Positions 14,431 through 28,193 of a stretch of DNA of 64,000 nt are shown piece by piece. The stretch spans positions 111,558-175,557 of the forward strand of contig MU006096.1 of assembly GCA_010093705.1 (NCBI GenBank), given 5' to 3'. The notes under the pieces are model-generated. The model was given only the letters and a program-made list of their open reading frames with translations. It made no database searches and was not told the origin of the DNA. Within the stretch, counting starts at the first letter, position 1, and every line of letters begins with the position of its first letter. This stretch comes from Patellaria atrata CBS 101060. Taxonomy: Eukaryota. Made by a program: the position numbers and the translations under genes.

Positions 14431-15637
14431 TTAGATCTGGATGCCGCTCCGGGCTAGATACCCAGAAAGCCGCATCAACGCCATCTGCACCTTTACAGTT
14501 CCATGAACCTTCAGAGTAAAATCACTCCTCTTCATCTCATAGTCCGAGACTAGGTTATCTACTCTTTCCTGACCGAGAAGCTCCACAAGCCCATACACTG
14601 AAACTTGTTTACCGCGACAAGTAAAAGTGCGGAACCAGAGAGGCGGGCATGCTATCTCTGGAGAGAGTCTAAGGTACGGAACATACTGCCCCAGTCTTTT
14701 CACATCTCCACTAGAAAGGTTCCTCGAACCTTTATGTACCGTCCTCGCCCCATACACGTGAATGTCCGAAACAAGAAGGTTGTTGTTCTCCTCCAAGGCC
14801 TCCATTTGAGCTTGGGACTCGGCAAGACGAGGAGAATCGAGTTGATTCAGACTTAGAATACAAGCAACACGCTCGGGGGTTTCGAGTTCGGCAATTTCCG
14901 ACCATCCTTTTGGCAGAGGATGCACGAAACGGGTTTTCTTGTTGTCTAACAACGACTTTAGCTCAACAACAGCTGCATCCCGTAGAACAGTAAGCGCCAC
15001 GTCTGCCAGACCTTCACGCCAGACCAGTCTTTTGATTCTGGAAGCGTGATCTCGGTGAAAGCGGACAACGATCGACGCGTTACGAATTCTGGGCGCTGTA
15101 GTGCATAGTTCGAGCAAGCTATGACGCAAAATCATCCGCGAGACAAGTGTTTGCGCTGGTACTGTCCCGATATGTCGGTGAGAAACTGGGTTTGTTATCA
15201 ACGCCAGAGGAGCAACCCATGGGTCGCCCGTTCCTGGATGATTGTAGACATGTAGGTCAAGGAGGAAGAATGATGGTAAACGAGCCGAAGAGACGGAGCA
15301 ATTGCGAATCGGCGTTGCGAGAGCGTGCGCTGTGAATGGGTCAACGTATAGTCAGGAGAGGGGATTGACGTGTGAATTGACCATAGGCATTCTGGTACAG
15401 TTTATGCTGGAAGGGCGCAAACTCCTTGGTATTGGCAGGTCGTTTGGACGAAGTATGCCGCTCTTTCGCTTCTATTACAACAGGATCGAGAAGAGGAGGA
15501 AGCAGAAGTTGGCGCCGTTTTGCCTTTAAGTTTTGAGTATGAGGTTCATCATTTTCCAGTGCTCTTGTGGAGCTAGCCGTGGCGCGTGTTGTGGTTAAGC
15601 ATCGACGTGTTGCTGCTATGACAAGCCGTCTCTGCAT
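14431..15637 (-). CDS. Conserved hypothetical protein, likely mitochondrial
   Basis: Two exons (intron 15330-15381) join MQRRLVIAATRRCLTTT...LYQNAY to AHALATPIRNCSVSSARLPSFFLL and the 256-aa ORF. The N-terminus is presequence-like. Confidence 0.75.
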
Positions 15638-15975
15638 AACCCTAGAACTGTAGACCTGGTAAAGATCGGATGGTATATCGCATACCAGATGAAAAATACG
15701 GAAAATGTTGTGATATAGATTCTATGCCTCATCTCGGTCTCCCGACAATTCCTCGGCTTAATTCCGCGGGTAGTAGCTCCTGTTGCTTATCGATAAGGAC
15801 CCCATGCAGCACCCTGAAACTTTTTACAAGCTTCATTTTCTCGTCGGTTTGCTGGGACATTCACATTTCAACGTTTCTTCTTCGCACCTGCACATTCTGA
15901 GCAGAACATTCCTCTATGAGAGTTCCATTGCATATCCGCACGTTTACCAATGCCTCTCGAAGACTCGTAAACAGG

Positions 15976-18583
15976 ATGGACCACAGCACGGAATTCAAAA
16001 CACTCCAAGACTCGATCACCTCGTCCCTCCTCTCTACCACGCGAACAGCTACACATATCTCTTCCGAGGACCTAGGGTTTCACCGTTCCTTGGACCCTGC
16101 CCTCGCGACTTCCCTCGATCGTCAAAATGCAAGGTTATTGGGGCTCGCAGAGCGCCTGCTCAAAAATGTGGCGCCAAATCAAGAACTTCCTAAGCTTCGG
16201 GATGCTGACGCTCTTGACGGAAACTGGAGCAGTGTGGTTGATATGGTAGACAGTCTACTTGAACGAGCAGATACTAGTTTGGATGAGTATACAGGCGTGG
16301 TGAAGAAAGCTGAATCAGGGAATGAACTTGTACATCAAGGCCCCAGGTTTTCTGTTATATATAACTAACTGTAGAGTGCAGGGACCGGAATCTATGAAAG
16401 GAAGACCGAACCCAACTCTTCGCCCAATAGCCTTAGCCAAGCCGCAAGAACATTTCGAGAATATTCCGAAGAATGACGAGACGGAGCCGTTCATACCCCT
16501 ACTTACTTGGAAACCCCATGCTACCGTTCCTCTAAAACATCTCCAGAAAGCCAGGAATGAACTAGGCGCCGATCAGTACGTGACTACCTTACCTCAACTC
16601 TCTACCTCAAGTTGAGTACCCACGTTGACCTGGATTTATTTTCATAGGTATGAGCACCCGTATCGGCGAGAGATCGAGAACTACAGTTACCCCGCGTCCG
16701 TATATACTATATCACAACCTATCGGTTATTTACCATTCGAAAGTACATCGGCTACTTTTGTTGATACTCCCGAGGCTCTAGCAGCTATGCTAGCAGAACT
16801 AAAGACCGCAAATGAGATTGCAGTTGACCTTGAACATCATGACAATCGATCATATATTGGCATAACATGTCTAATGCAGATCAGTACGAGGAACAAAGAT
16901 TGGATAATAGATACTCTTAAACCTTGGCGACGGAGACTGGAGTGTTTAAACGAGGTCTTTGCGGACCCTAATATCCTAAAGGTATGCGTACCTTGGAATA
17001 TTCTCTTGAAGTACATTCTAAATGATACAGGTTCTCCATGGCTCTCACTCTGACGTTATATGGCTCCAAAGAGATTTTGGCATCTACATCGTCGGTCTAT
17101 TCGATACCTATGTCGCCTCTAGAACCTTAGGATATGTTGCAGGTAGCTATGCGTACCTACTTCAGAAGTTCGCTAATGTTACTGCTCAAAAACAATACCA
17201 AATGTCTGACTGGCGAATACGGTAAGCTAGTGAGGGTTGATATATCTGCTATGCTTGGCTGACGAATGACACAGTCCCTTACCCAGTGAATTGATTGATT
17301 ATGCACGTTCCGATACCCACTATCTTTTGTACATCTACGATCGCATGCGAAACGAACTTGTTGAGAGGTCTGATTTTAATACTCCAGATAACGATCGAGT
17401 AACACGAGTTCTTGAGGGATGTAAAGAGATTGCCTTGCGACGGTACGAATTTCCTTTCTATGATGATGATCGGGGTGTAGGGCCTATTGGCTGGTATAAA
17501 CTCCTCTTCAGAACGCCAGCTATGTTCAACAAGGAGCAATTCTCTGTCTTCAAAGCCGTTCACCGCTGGAGAGATTCTGTCGCTCGCATGGAAGATGAAA
17601 GCAACCATTACGTAATGGCCAACCATTCGATATTCAGCATAGCAAGGGAAATGCCAGTTGATAAGGCCAAACTCCTCGCCGTTGGAGCACCTATCTCAGC
17701 CCCGACGAGACGGCGACTAGACGATCTGCTGGCAGTGATCGCTAAAGCGAAAGAGGAGGGTGTGGACGGACCGGAAATGGTAGATGCCATGAATGAGTCA
17801 GCTAAGATAGCAGGATTTTCTGCTGCACCAGTGACAGCTCCCTTAAATACGGCAATAATACCGAAGATTGCCGTCGAAAATGCTTCTACAGCACCTTTAA
17901 GCGTTGGTTCCGTTGTTAGATCTACTATTTCGAAGTTCTGGGGTGGAACATTCGACAGTAGTATATGGGGTAAAGGGAGTGCAGTAGACACAGACAATAT
18001 GAGTCTAGCTGTGCCCCTTCCTCGACTGACAGCGGAGATATTTGCTGATGCGGCGGATGCAGAGGATGCAAGACCGCAGCAGAGTCCCAATGATCTAAAC
18101 CCGGCTGCAAGGGCGGAACACGCCTATGTTAAAAACAGACCTGCTCCCGCAGAGCAGGAAGATGTTTTTATCATAAAGCAACTTGGTAAACGAAAAAGGG
18201 CGGAGGCAGTTATGCCCCTTACCGATACGCCTAGTGATCAAGTCTCTGCGCAAGCCGAGGAAGAGGAAATTGAGGTGCTCTCTGATGCGGAAATTCTGGC
18301 CCGAGGAAAAGCACAGCGGAAAGCAGAGAAGAAAGCAGCGAGGAAGTTGAAGAAGGAAGCTGGAGCCAATGTAGAGAATGCTACAAGCGAAAACTTAGCG
18401 GAAACTGTCCCGTTCGATTATGAAAAGGCGGAATCTGTGCTGCATGCCGCAAAAGAGTCTCTGAAGAAGGAAAACACAAGATCAAAAGAGTTCAACCCAT
18501 ACGCTAAAGCAATGGATGCGCCGAAGGGATTGAGCCGTAAGCAGAAGGAGAGGGCAGGGAGAAGTGCTACATTCAAGGAGTGA
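15976..18583 (+). CDS. RRP6: Nuclear exosome 3'-5' exonuclease Rrp6
   Basis: PMC2NT-like N-terminus, DEDD nuclease motifs (EIAVDLEHH, CLMQISTR, YQMSDWRIRPL, YARSDTHYLL) and an HRDC domain (WRDSVARMEDES); several short introns. Confidence 0.97.
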
Positions 18584-19605
18584 AGCAGCGTATTTTGGGC
18601 TTTAACCCAATTTTCTAAGTCATTCATTGGAGTTTCAGGAGCATATTCAGCATCAAAGGCCAAAGGCTGGTCTACATCGAGGAATCGGGTATGGTAGTGT
18701 ATGATGTACTGTACATTTAATAGGCAAGCTGAGGTATGGGGCATGTACTAATAGACCAAACATGGTATATTTAATGTTCTCATGTCTCAGTATTCAATAG
18801 ATCCCCTTACTACCGCTTGTAGAACGTTGATTCACGGTTAAACTTTTCGCCGAAGGGATGGATTGCACAAGCTTCCAACAAGCTTCCAACGTCACCACCT
18901 CATCTACGGTCACATTCAGATAATAGGTTGATTAATTCTTCGCCGCAGCATTTCACAATACTTAATGACTATTACTTGTATCCTTAGGGCGACACGCGTC
19001 TGCTGTGCCTCAATGCCGTCCCAGCCGGGCTTAGTCGGCATGGTATCCGTGTTTTTGGATATCAAGGACGTATGCCAAGTTACAGACTTTATCCCCGCAT
19101 ATCCCAGAATGTAAAGGTAGGCCACTTATGTTCTACATTTTAGATGGACAAACCTCTACCGAAGCTTCCTTCAACCTCAGCCTCATCCAAATTGGTATAT
19201 ATTGACCCTCGATCTTCGGAGAAAGTCTACAAGGGAGACTCCGTCTGTCCTTGGCGATGTCTTCGCCGAAACGTGTTTGAGCAAAATCTCAGCCCATGTT
19301 GGAGAGTCTGACGACTTTATTGGATCCTAACCCTGGATCATCCTACTTGTACTGCTGTAAGTTTGACGGTTACTGTATTACCTTGTTATTGATTGTAACC
19401 GTTGCTCGGTGAGTTCATGCCTAGCGCTCCAGCCTCGTTAAGTGCATAAGGTAAAGAGTTAAGATGCCATGAACCCGTCACCAGTGCGTCGATGCTGGAG
19501 GTGGGATACCTTCCTCTCTTATTCTCCCTTCTCCTCCGTCTTCTTTTCATCTCCATATCTACCTCTCATTGAACTCATATACACTTTGTTTATTCAGTCA
19601 TCGAT

Positions 19606-20861
19606 ATGTATCTCAAGCTCCTTTCATTGACCGCCCTGGCAAGCTACGTTGCTGCACAGGAAGTTCAAGATCTCAATGCTACCCTATGGGCGAACAATGA
19701 GACATCTTCGCTTGCTGCCTTCCTGAACCAGAGTCCTATCTTGATCCAGGCCTTGAGCGAAGCTTCCAATGTCACTATATTAGCACCTAATAATGAGGCG
19801 TTTGAGACACTGTTGAATGGCACGGCCGGGGAAGAACTTTACAGTGACCCAGGATTGTCAACAGAGCTCCTTCTGTATCACATCCTCAATGGTACCTACG
19901 CTGCTTCGGACATCACCAACACAAGCACCTTTATACACACCTTCTCGACAAATGCGTCTTATACCAATGTCACGGGTGGGCAAGTCGTTCAAGCTGTTAC
20001 TATAGGGGAGGATGTGGTCTTCTACTCTGGTATGTTGCAGAACGCAACGGTTATTACACCTGTAAGTACCTCCGATGAACGCCGGAATGGCTCGCACTTA
20101 GACAATATGAATAGGATCTCAACTTCTCCGGTGGAGTCATTCACGTCGTTGACTCTGTTTTGACCCTACCCGAGTCCGCCATTTCAACTGCTCGTTCAGC
20201 AAATCTGACTTCTTTGGCCGGTGCCCTGAACTCTACCGACCTTATTGAAGCTGTTGACACTGCTGAGGACGTCACAATCTTCGCTCCGACGAACGAGGCA
20301 TTCCAGAACATCGGCTCTGCACTGGCTGATCTGAGCACCGAAGACCTGGCCAGCATCCTGCAATATCACGTCGTGTCTGGCACAGTAGGATACAGCTCCA
20401 TGTTGGAGAATATGGCTTTGGAGACCCTCAACGGCGAAGACCTGACCATCACTATCATCGACGATACTGTATTCGTCAACGCTGCCCGCGTCGTTGCTAC
20501 TGATATCTTGGTCGCTAACGGTGTTGTCCACATCATCGATAAGTATGCTCCCCTCAACTTATCCAAATTAATCTCTCACTAACCTGCCCGTAGCGTCCTG
20601 AACCCAGAAGAAGAAGACGACACCCCAGAACCCGATGCGACTTCCGGTGCTGTTGCCTTCCCAAGTGCAACTCGTGATACTGAGCCCCCATTCACCAGCG
20701 ACCAGCCAGCGCCAACTACGACCGTTGATCCGGATGAAGAAGGTGCAGGTCCTGCGTCATCTGCCTCCCCAACCAGTTCAGGCCTTGCGGCACCGATGAG
20801 GACTGGCGCGGTGGGGATGGGTGCGCTGTTTGGTGCTGGCGCTGCACTGATGAATATGTAA
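19606..20861 (+). CDS. Secreted/GPI-anchored fasciclin (two FAS1 domains)
   Basis: Signal peptide MYLKLLSLTALASYVAAQ, FAS1 motifs TILAPNNEAF, TIFAPTNEAF and NGVVHIID, many N-glycosylation sequons, S/T/P linker and hydrophobic C-terminus (GALFGAGAALMNM*); two introns. Confidence 0.92.
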
Positions 20862-21360
20862 AGCTTTGGGATCCTATGTGCATCCCTGTGCCTAATTAGC
20901 CATGGGATGCTTTCGTTGAGTCAATTGTCATGATCTGATATCTTTAGGTAATGCATGTATAATACAAAATTGAATGGTGATTCTACCAACTAGTTCCTCT
21001 ATATCTGATCCATTAAGTGCCATACAGTTGCTCTGTTCTTTTCGAAATTCCAAAAGAAACTCTCCAATAAAGGTACAGAACTCTTCATGGTAGTACATGT
21101 TATACATACCGGAATTCGCCTATCTAAAGTATATCCCGCCCAGTTCTATTCGGTACTCCTCGGCTGCTGTACACTCGCGGTGTACGGATAACGACAAAAC
21201 GTCAACCCCGGCTGACCATGCGATCGGCGAAATTTGTACAGTTAAGCTAAAACTCCGCCCGATGCGAGCGTAGAGTGAGTCATGAGAACTGGAACGCGCC
21301 CAGACATGGGCGTCAAACCGGTCCACAACCAGAACCCCTATCAGTACCCGCGTATGCTCC

Positions 21361-22533
21361 CTATAACTCCACCTTCTTCGCCTCATCTCCCTTGACCCAA
21401 GTATCCAACTCTTTCCTCAACTCCCCCTTGCCCCGCCGTAGGACATCGATCCCGCGCTGCCGACAAGCCACCGCGACCTCCTCGTCCGTGAGGTCTCGCA
21501 CGGAGCCATCCCGTCTGATGAGCGCGTCATCCTCCGCCAGATACTTGAGATGCTGCCGCAGCCTGCGGCGCAACATGAAGGACGGAGGGGCGATGGAAAC
21601 ACCCTCCCATCTCGGGGAGTGCAAGGAGAAATGTCGGGAGAAGTACAAGAGCGAAGTCTTAGACTTGGGATCAGGGACTTGCCCCAAGGCCTTGGGGTCT
21701 TGATTCAGCGCCGGTTCCACTCCCTCCTCGATCCTCTTCTTCTCCGGCACTGTGTCTACGCCCGATTTCGCGGCCACGGCCATGGCTGTTTTGCGCTCGA
21801 GGGCGGCTTTGTGCCGTCGGCTTTCTGCTTTTTCGAGCTCTTTCTGGATCTGGGAGGGGATGCGGCAGGTGTTTGGGACGATAGCGGTGAAGAAGATGGC
21901 GATTAGCGGGAGCCATTCACCGAAGATGGCGAAGAGGAGAAGGAAGGCCGGAATGCGGGTTATGTCGTGGCGGTTGCGGAGGAGGAGTTGGAATTCGCCG
22001 CGGGTGACGCGGCCGTCGTAGGGGAGGTCTATCTTTTGCGGAGTTGAGGAGGCATCTTTATCGCTGTTGTTACTGGGGGATTTGGTCCGCAGTGACGCTT
22101 TTACGGACCGTGTGAGTTTGTGGTTCGTCCAGATGTTCTTGATGCCAGTCTTGTAGAAGCCTAGGTACGCTCTTCCGGATTTGTAGAGGTAGGAGAAGAG
22201 GGATTGATCTGGAGCGCGCTCTGGAACTTCGAGAGGCGCGGGGAGAGTGGAGAGAGGTGGGTTTACGCGGGTATTGAGTTCGCCGGAGGAGGTGCTGGTG
22301 GTATTGGTGCTGTGCGGGATGGTCGTCTTGGGGGCATGGAGCTGCCCTGACCCCGGCCCTTGACGAAGACCAACTGAATGCGCTGGATGGAAAAGTCGAT
22401 GTTGTTCGATAGGGCGAAAGGAAAGAATGGCGATTGAGGTCGATTTCGCAGTCCGCCGGGAGAGGATGGCGATGAGAATGGACTGAGGGCGCTCAAAGGC
22501 AGCGGAGAAGCTGCTGGGCTGGCGATTTATCAT
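21361..22533 (-). CDS. LETM1-like mitochondrial inner-membrane protein
   Basis: Motifs GRAYLGFYKTGIKNIW, TRGEFQLLLR..DITRIPAF..IFGEWLPL..VPNTC.IP and YLAEDDALI..L..EEV..AC..RGI. Likely ATG at 22533. Confidence 0.85.
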   Translation of the reverse strand: MINRQPSSFSAAFERPQSILIAILSRRTAKSTSIAILSFRPIEQHRLFHPAHSVGLRQGPGSGQLHAPKTTIPHSTNTTSTSSGELNTRVNPPLSTLPAPLEVPERAPDQSLFSYLYKSGRAYLGFYKTGIKNIWTNHKLTRSVKASLRTKSPSNNSDKDASSTPQKIDLPYDGRVTRGEFQLLLRNRHDITRIPAFLLLFAIFGEWLPLIAIFFTAIVPNTCRIPSQIQKELEKAESRRHKAALERKTAMAVAAKSGVDTVPEKKRIEEGVEPALNQDPKALGQVPDPKSKTSLLYFSRHFSLHSPRWEGVSIAPPSFMLRRRLRQHLKYLAEDDALIRRDGSVRDLTDEEVAVACRQRGIDVLRRGKGELRKELDTWVKGDEAKKVEL

Positions 22534-22900
22534 CGCATAGGAATTTGATGGAGAATTGAGAGATAATTGGGTTGTCAATTATACTCAACTGATCTATTTG
22601 GAAGAGAGAACGTTAAGGATGTAGGGTTGATGTTAAACCGTCCCTCAAGATTTCTTTTGATGTTACGGCGTCATGATTCTCCATGTTTGTCGTGTTTGGT
22701 TCTCCTCCTGTTTCCACTTAAAACAGGCGATCACGTGGAAGCCAATTATCACGTCCAACGCGCCGTCGCGCCTGCCTCTCCTCTCCAATCCAAACATCGA
22801 CTTCCCACAGCAGAGACTTCCACCTACTACAACTTACGGCAATCTACTTCAACCTGTATACTTTGCTCTCTAGAGGCTACACTTGGTATATTCTAGCAAT

Positions 22901-23910
22901 ATGTCTGTAGTTTCGCTCCTCAATGTGCAAGTGCGCAACAACCCCGCGCAATTCACTGATCCATACGAGTTTGAGATCACATTTGAGTGCTTAGAGCGCC
23001 TCCAGAAAGGTATTATTCCACACACGCGTTATCGAATATATGAAGCTAATTGTATGTTTAGATCTGGAGTGGAAATTGACCTATGTCGGCTCCGCTACAT
23101 CGTATGCTTCCCTCCTGCTCAGATATTGGAATGCTTGCTGACCTACGTGTAAGATCTGAGCATGATCAAGAATTAGACTCTCTCCTTGTTGGACCGATTC
23201 CAGTTGGTGTGAACAAATTCGTCTTCGAGGCAGATCCGCCAAAGCTCAACCGGATACCGAACAGCGAGATTATCGGTGTCACTGTCATACTTTTGACTTG
23301 CAGTTATGATGGTAGAGAGTTTGTGCGGGTTGGATACTATGTCAACAACGAATACGTAGATGAGACCTTGAATGCAGAACCACCGGCTAAGCCCATCATC
23401 GAGAAGATTAGGCGGAGCATTCTGGCGGAGAAGCCTAGGGTTACGAGATTCGCTATTAAGTGGTATGAGAGAACCCGTTATGATATACCGGCTGGCAGTT
23501 GAACTAATATTCTTTTAAGGGATTCTGAAGAGTCAGCACCAGCTGAATTCCCACCAGATCAACCCGACGCAGACACACTAGAGGACGATGGAGCTACCTA
23601 CGGTCTCGAGGAAGAAGAAGAAGAAGTTGAGGAGGAAGCAGCTGTTAAGGCTGAGGGAGAAGATGAGGAGATGGCGGGAGCCGAAGAAACAGCTGGTAAG
23701 ATCGACGAAGCAGGAGAGGAATCTGATGCTGGTAGCGAAGACCTTGAGGCTGAAAGCAGTGGTAGTGAGGAGGAGTCCGATGAGGAAGAAGGCGAGGGCG
23801 ACGAGGATATGGAGATGGGAGATGGCGACGAAAGCAAACCGGCTGATGCTGCCCAGGGACACGCGCCCGATCAGAACCAGCAACAGCACGCAGACGTCAT
23901 GGTTCACTAG
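22901..23910 (+). CDS. ASF1: Histone H3-H4 chaperone Asf1
   Basis: [74 protein letters not shown] and an acidic tail; three introns, the first at 23010-23061. Confidence 0.98.
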
Positions 23911-24639
23911 AAGCTCACTCTGGCTTCACATCGTTAGCTTTTAGACCTAAGCGGTAAAGCCGATATCATAGCTTCTGCTCGGTGTTCGTCTAGACATCGA
24001 AGCGTTTCTCGTTCATGATCCTTACGGCACATACTACAACATCCCAGGGTTCTCATTTCAAGAAGGCAATACATTGTAGATGGTTTGGAAAAATGGTTGC
24101 GTGATGCAGGTGCCTTCTGCATGTTTTACGTAGCGATAATGGAAGAATGCGGTTTATGATACTATGTTGTTGATAGATGCCACACGAATACAAGCAGTTG
24201 ATCGTCCCTTTGCTTCGCAAATATTCCATTAGAGATTGGTGCTTTAAACTAGAACTATAAACTGTACATTCATAGCTGTTTAGACTGGAAATGCCGTAGA
24301 TAACATTGCTTTGGTGGGTGGGTGTTGGGCACTCACTATGGGGAGTCGCCAAGGGACATGAGGCTCTTGCGGAGGTGACGCAAGCCCGCTGCAGGGCTGA
24401 GCAAGGCCGTTGTGATCGGCTTCAGGCAGCTTTGAGGTACTGCAGAACAACCTGATGTACCAGAAATCTCCAACGGCTGAGGTCAACCCACAGAAATTAA
24501 GAAGCATAAACAATCATTGAGTCTGAGAGTCGGTTATACCGTCTTCCCTTCCAGTTCCCGTCCTTGATCCGACTCCCTTCTCAACCGTAGACCAGACCAT
24601 TTCACCTATTTCGATTCTCTCCCTCCAAATCTAATCGGC

Positions 24640-27600
24640 ATGGCACACTTATTGCGCGGAAAGCAAGCAGGCATAGAGACCGATTTATCCAGAGGCATTG
24701 CCGCGGATTTATTTCAGCTGGATGATATAGAAAGAGTCGGCATCAATTCCCAGATATCAGCCTTAGCTTACGATCCGGTACAATCACTGATAGCAGTGGG
24801 AACGTCTGACACAAAGTTCGGACACGGACAGATTTATGTCTTCGGCCAAAAGCGTATCAGCGTAGTACTACCCCTCGGACGGAAATCCTCTGTAAAACTT
24901 CTACAATTCTGCGCCGAAAAGCTGATATGCTTGGACTCGAAAAATGATCTCTCTATATTCTCATTGGAAACGAAGGCGCTAATAGCTTCCTATTCGCCTC
25001 CAGGGATAGTAACTGCTCTGACTAGTGATCCAACCTTGGATTATGCGTTAATCGGGACTCAAAATGGTACTCCCAAGTGCGAGACGATATTCGTTATCAT
25101 AGTACTGACCTTGTATTAAAAGGAGAGGTATTGGCATATGACCTCGATCGTGAAGCTCTTGCCCCGTTTAAATTACCAAATTTCTGGCGAGAGCAAAATC
25201 CTAGATCTAGGCTGGTCCCTATAGTAACACTCTCACTGCATCCTCGTGATGTAGGGTCACTTTTGATAGGTAGGAATATCCCATCAAAGTAAGATCATCC
25301 CGCTGATCGGCCCAAGGTTATAGCGAGGGTGCGGTGATCTATTCGTTCAAGCAAAACAAACCTGCTAGATTTTTCCAATACCAACTCCCTAAGGGTGCAC
25401 CTGGAGGGGACTCTGATCCATCTTCTGTACCTACAGCTCGCAGTCCTAAACTAACGCAAGCAATATGGCACCCTACTGGAACATTTATTTTGACAGGCCA
25501 TGAAGATAGTAGTCTTGTATTCTGGGATCCTAAAGATGGCCGAGTTGTCATGGCTAGGACACTGCAAGATACAAATGTTGATAAGCCAGGAGCAGGAACG
25601 GGCAGTTTTGGTGCAACGCCAGGTACATTTGCACTCAAAGAACCCCTATTTCGAATTGCTTGGTGCGCGAACAAGGACCCGGATGATACGTCCATCCTCA
25701 TAGCTGGTGGTTCCCCCACTACATTACCAACAAAAGGTCTCACTCTTTTTGAGTTGGGAAGGACTCCAGTATATCAGACATCTTCCTGGCAGATATTGTC
25801 AGCTCATTTCGAATCACCTAAACGACAGAGAGTTCTTCCTACCCCTTCTAATACCGAAATTGTTGATTTCTGTTTGATACCCCGTTCATCACCACATTTC
25901 GCAGGTAATCATGACCCAATAGCAATCATTGCGTTAACATCGTCGGGTGAACTTATCACATTGAGCTTTCCAAGTGGTCTACCAATACCACCAACTAATC
26001 AACTTCATTTATCATTAACCTTTGTTCATCCCTTTATTACAGGTGCTACTTTAGCTCCCATCGAACGAACTCGATGGCTTGGAATGACAGAAACTCGTTC
26101 ACATGGACCGAAGATATTGAAAGGCGGTGCCGAGGCGAAGCATCCACTTAAACGTTTTGAGTCCCGAAACGTAGTTCAGACTAGTCATTCCGACGGAACC
26201 ATCCGACTGTGGGACATTGGTCACGGTGACGAGATTGAAAATGAAGCTTTGTTGCAAGTTGACGTCTCACGTGCAGTAGGAAGGCTCGAGGATATTGTTA
26301 TAACACAAATGTCTCTTGCAGGCGCGAGCGGCGAACTGGTAGTTGGACTGCGATCTGGTGAGGTAGCTATATTCCGATGGGCTCACAACAGATCCGCTGG
26401 AAGAGAACCTCCACCACCGGGACCAAATAAATCAAAGGAACTGACGAACATTACTGAAAGAAGAGATCCTTCGTTGACTGAAGGGTTACTGCCGTTCACA
26501 CTGCTTGACCAGCAAGATGGACCTGTGACAGCTCTCAAGCTTTCTGATGTTGGCTTCGTCGCTGCAGGGTTTGAAGGAGGGAGCATTGTAGTGATTGATT
26601 TGCGTGGGCCGGCTGTCATCTACACTGCATCTATTACAGACTTTGCAAAAGCAGACAAGAGGTCCAGTTTCAGGAGAAACAGTCAAGTTCAAGTGAAACC
26701 AGAGTGGGCCACGACGATCGAGTTCAGCGTTATGAGTCTGGAGGGGGACGACTTTTCCAGTATCCTCCTTCACGCAGGAACTAATCTGGGACATGTTGCC
26801 ACATTTAGACTGCTACCCGACCAAAGTGGACGTTACACTGTCGAATTCGTAGGCTCCGCGAATTTGGACGATCGAATTATCCGGATTAACCCTATCCACA
26901 CTGATTCTGGACGGCCTACATACGCAAGCCAACAAGCTGTTGCAAGTCTACGGAACGGGTTCAAGACAAACGGCGTGTTAATCGTGGTTACGCGCTCGGG
27001 TGTCAGGATTTTCAAACCGGCAGCCCATAAGGGCGCGCACAAGACCTGGGATAACTTCATATGCGATTCTGCCGCTATTGTAAGATATCATGACCAGGGC
27101 TACGCCTTACTCGGTTTATTTGGGGACGGATACGCTAGAGGTTACTCGATCCCTGCACTTAAAGAGGTCGGAGCGGCAAAGGTTGACCATATCCTCGATG
27201 GCAAACGGTTCAGCGATGCGGTTATCACGGCGTCGGGTGATGTCTTTGGGTGGTCCGGACCGTCGGAAATGGCACTTATCAATATCTTTGGGCAAGGCCG
27301 TGATCTGTAAGGCGCTCCTGCTTTGAAACATTTGGCCAGATACTGATACGAAACAGGACAATATCCAAAGACGAAGTTTTCAACCCACAGCTGCTCATCC
27401 CGCCACGTCCCACCATTTCGAATATGCAATGGATATCAGGAACACAGTATATCACGCCTTCAGACCTAGATCTCTTAAGTAAGTTCCCCGTCCCCATCCC
27501 TCTCCACTCAGGATCGAATTAATACCGTCCCAGTCGGCGGACCCGACCGTCCCCCCTCCAAACGTATGCTCGCCCAAGCCCGCGCCGAAGATGCTCAACG

Positions 27601-27838
27601 TCGCGCAGAGGCCCGCAGCGGCGCCTCTTCGTCCGCCGCGCAGCAGCAAGACGAGGGTTACTGGGCCTACATGCAGCGTCAGATTAACGAGAGAACGGAG
27701 AAGCTTGGCATCATGGGCGATTCGATGAATAGGCTTGAGGATAACAGTCAGGGATGGGCGAGCGATGTGAATAAGTTCGTCGCGAAGCAGAAACGAGGAC
27801 TCGTTATGGGGGCCGTGAGGAGTAAGTTTGGGCTATAA
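24640..27838 (+). CDS. SRO7: Lethal giant larvae/tomosyn-family exocytosis protein Sro7/Sro77
   Basis: WD40 repeats (ALAYDPVQSLIAVGT, WHPTGTFILTGHEDSSLVFWD), an Lgl C-terminal region and an R-SNARE-like tail (ERTEKLGIMGDSMNRLE); about 4 introns. Confidence 0.93.
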
Positions 27839-28193
27839 GGGAATGGAAAGACATAATAGGATAGGGTATGGGTGTAATGTTGTAATTTCATCATTGTTAT
27901 TGAGGACTGGTTGAATGATAATAGGTATCTGAAGGATAGTTCAATTGAATGAACGGTTGAAGATAAGATAATCACACCTTTCGCTCCTATGACTAAACTT
28001 CTTACTATCATCAGTACATAGTCATGTGCATCCACTAATGGTTAACTCTTTACCAAAGGGGCTAGAGGTTAGTATTGGCGTAGAGAGCGCTCTCTAATGT
28101 AACTGCAGCAGTATTGTAGGGAAGATATCCCACAGACGTTCAACTCCCATCTTTGAACCATTCAAGAACTAGGTCTGAATAGGCCACCCGCAG

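Noticed and set aside
24390..24470. TPP riboswitch (gctgag...aacctgat)
   Set aside because: Lacks the CUGAGA and GAUAAUACCAGCG-type core, and the neighbouring gene is unrelated to thiamine.
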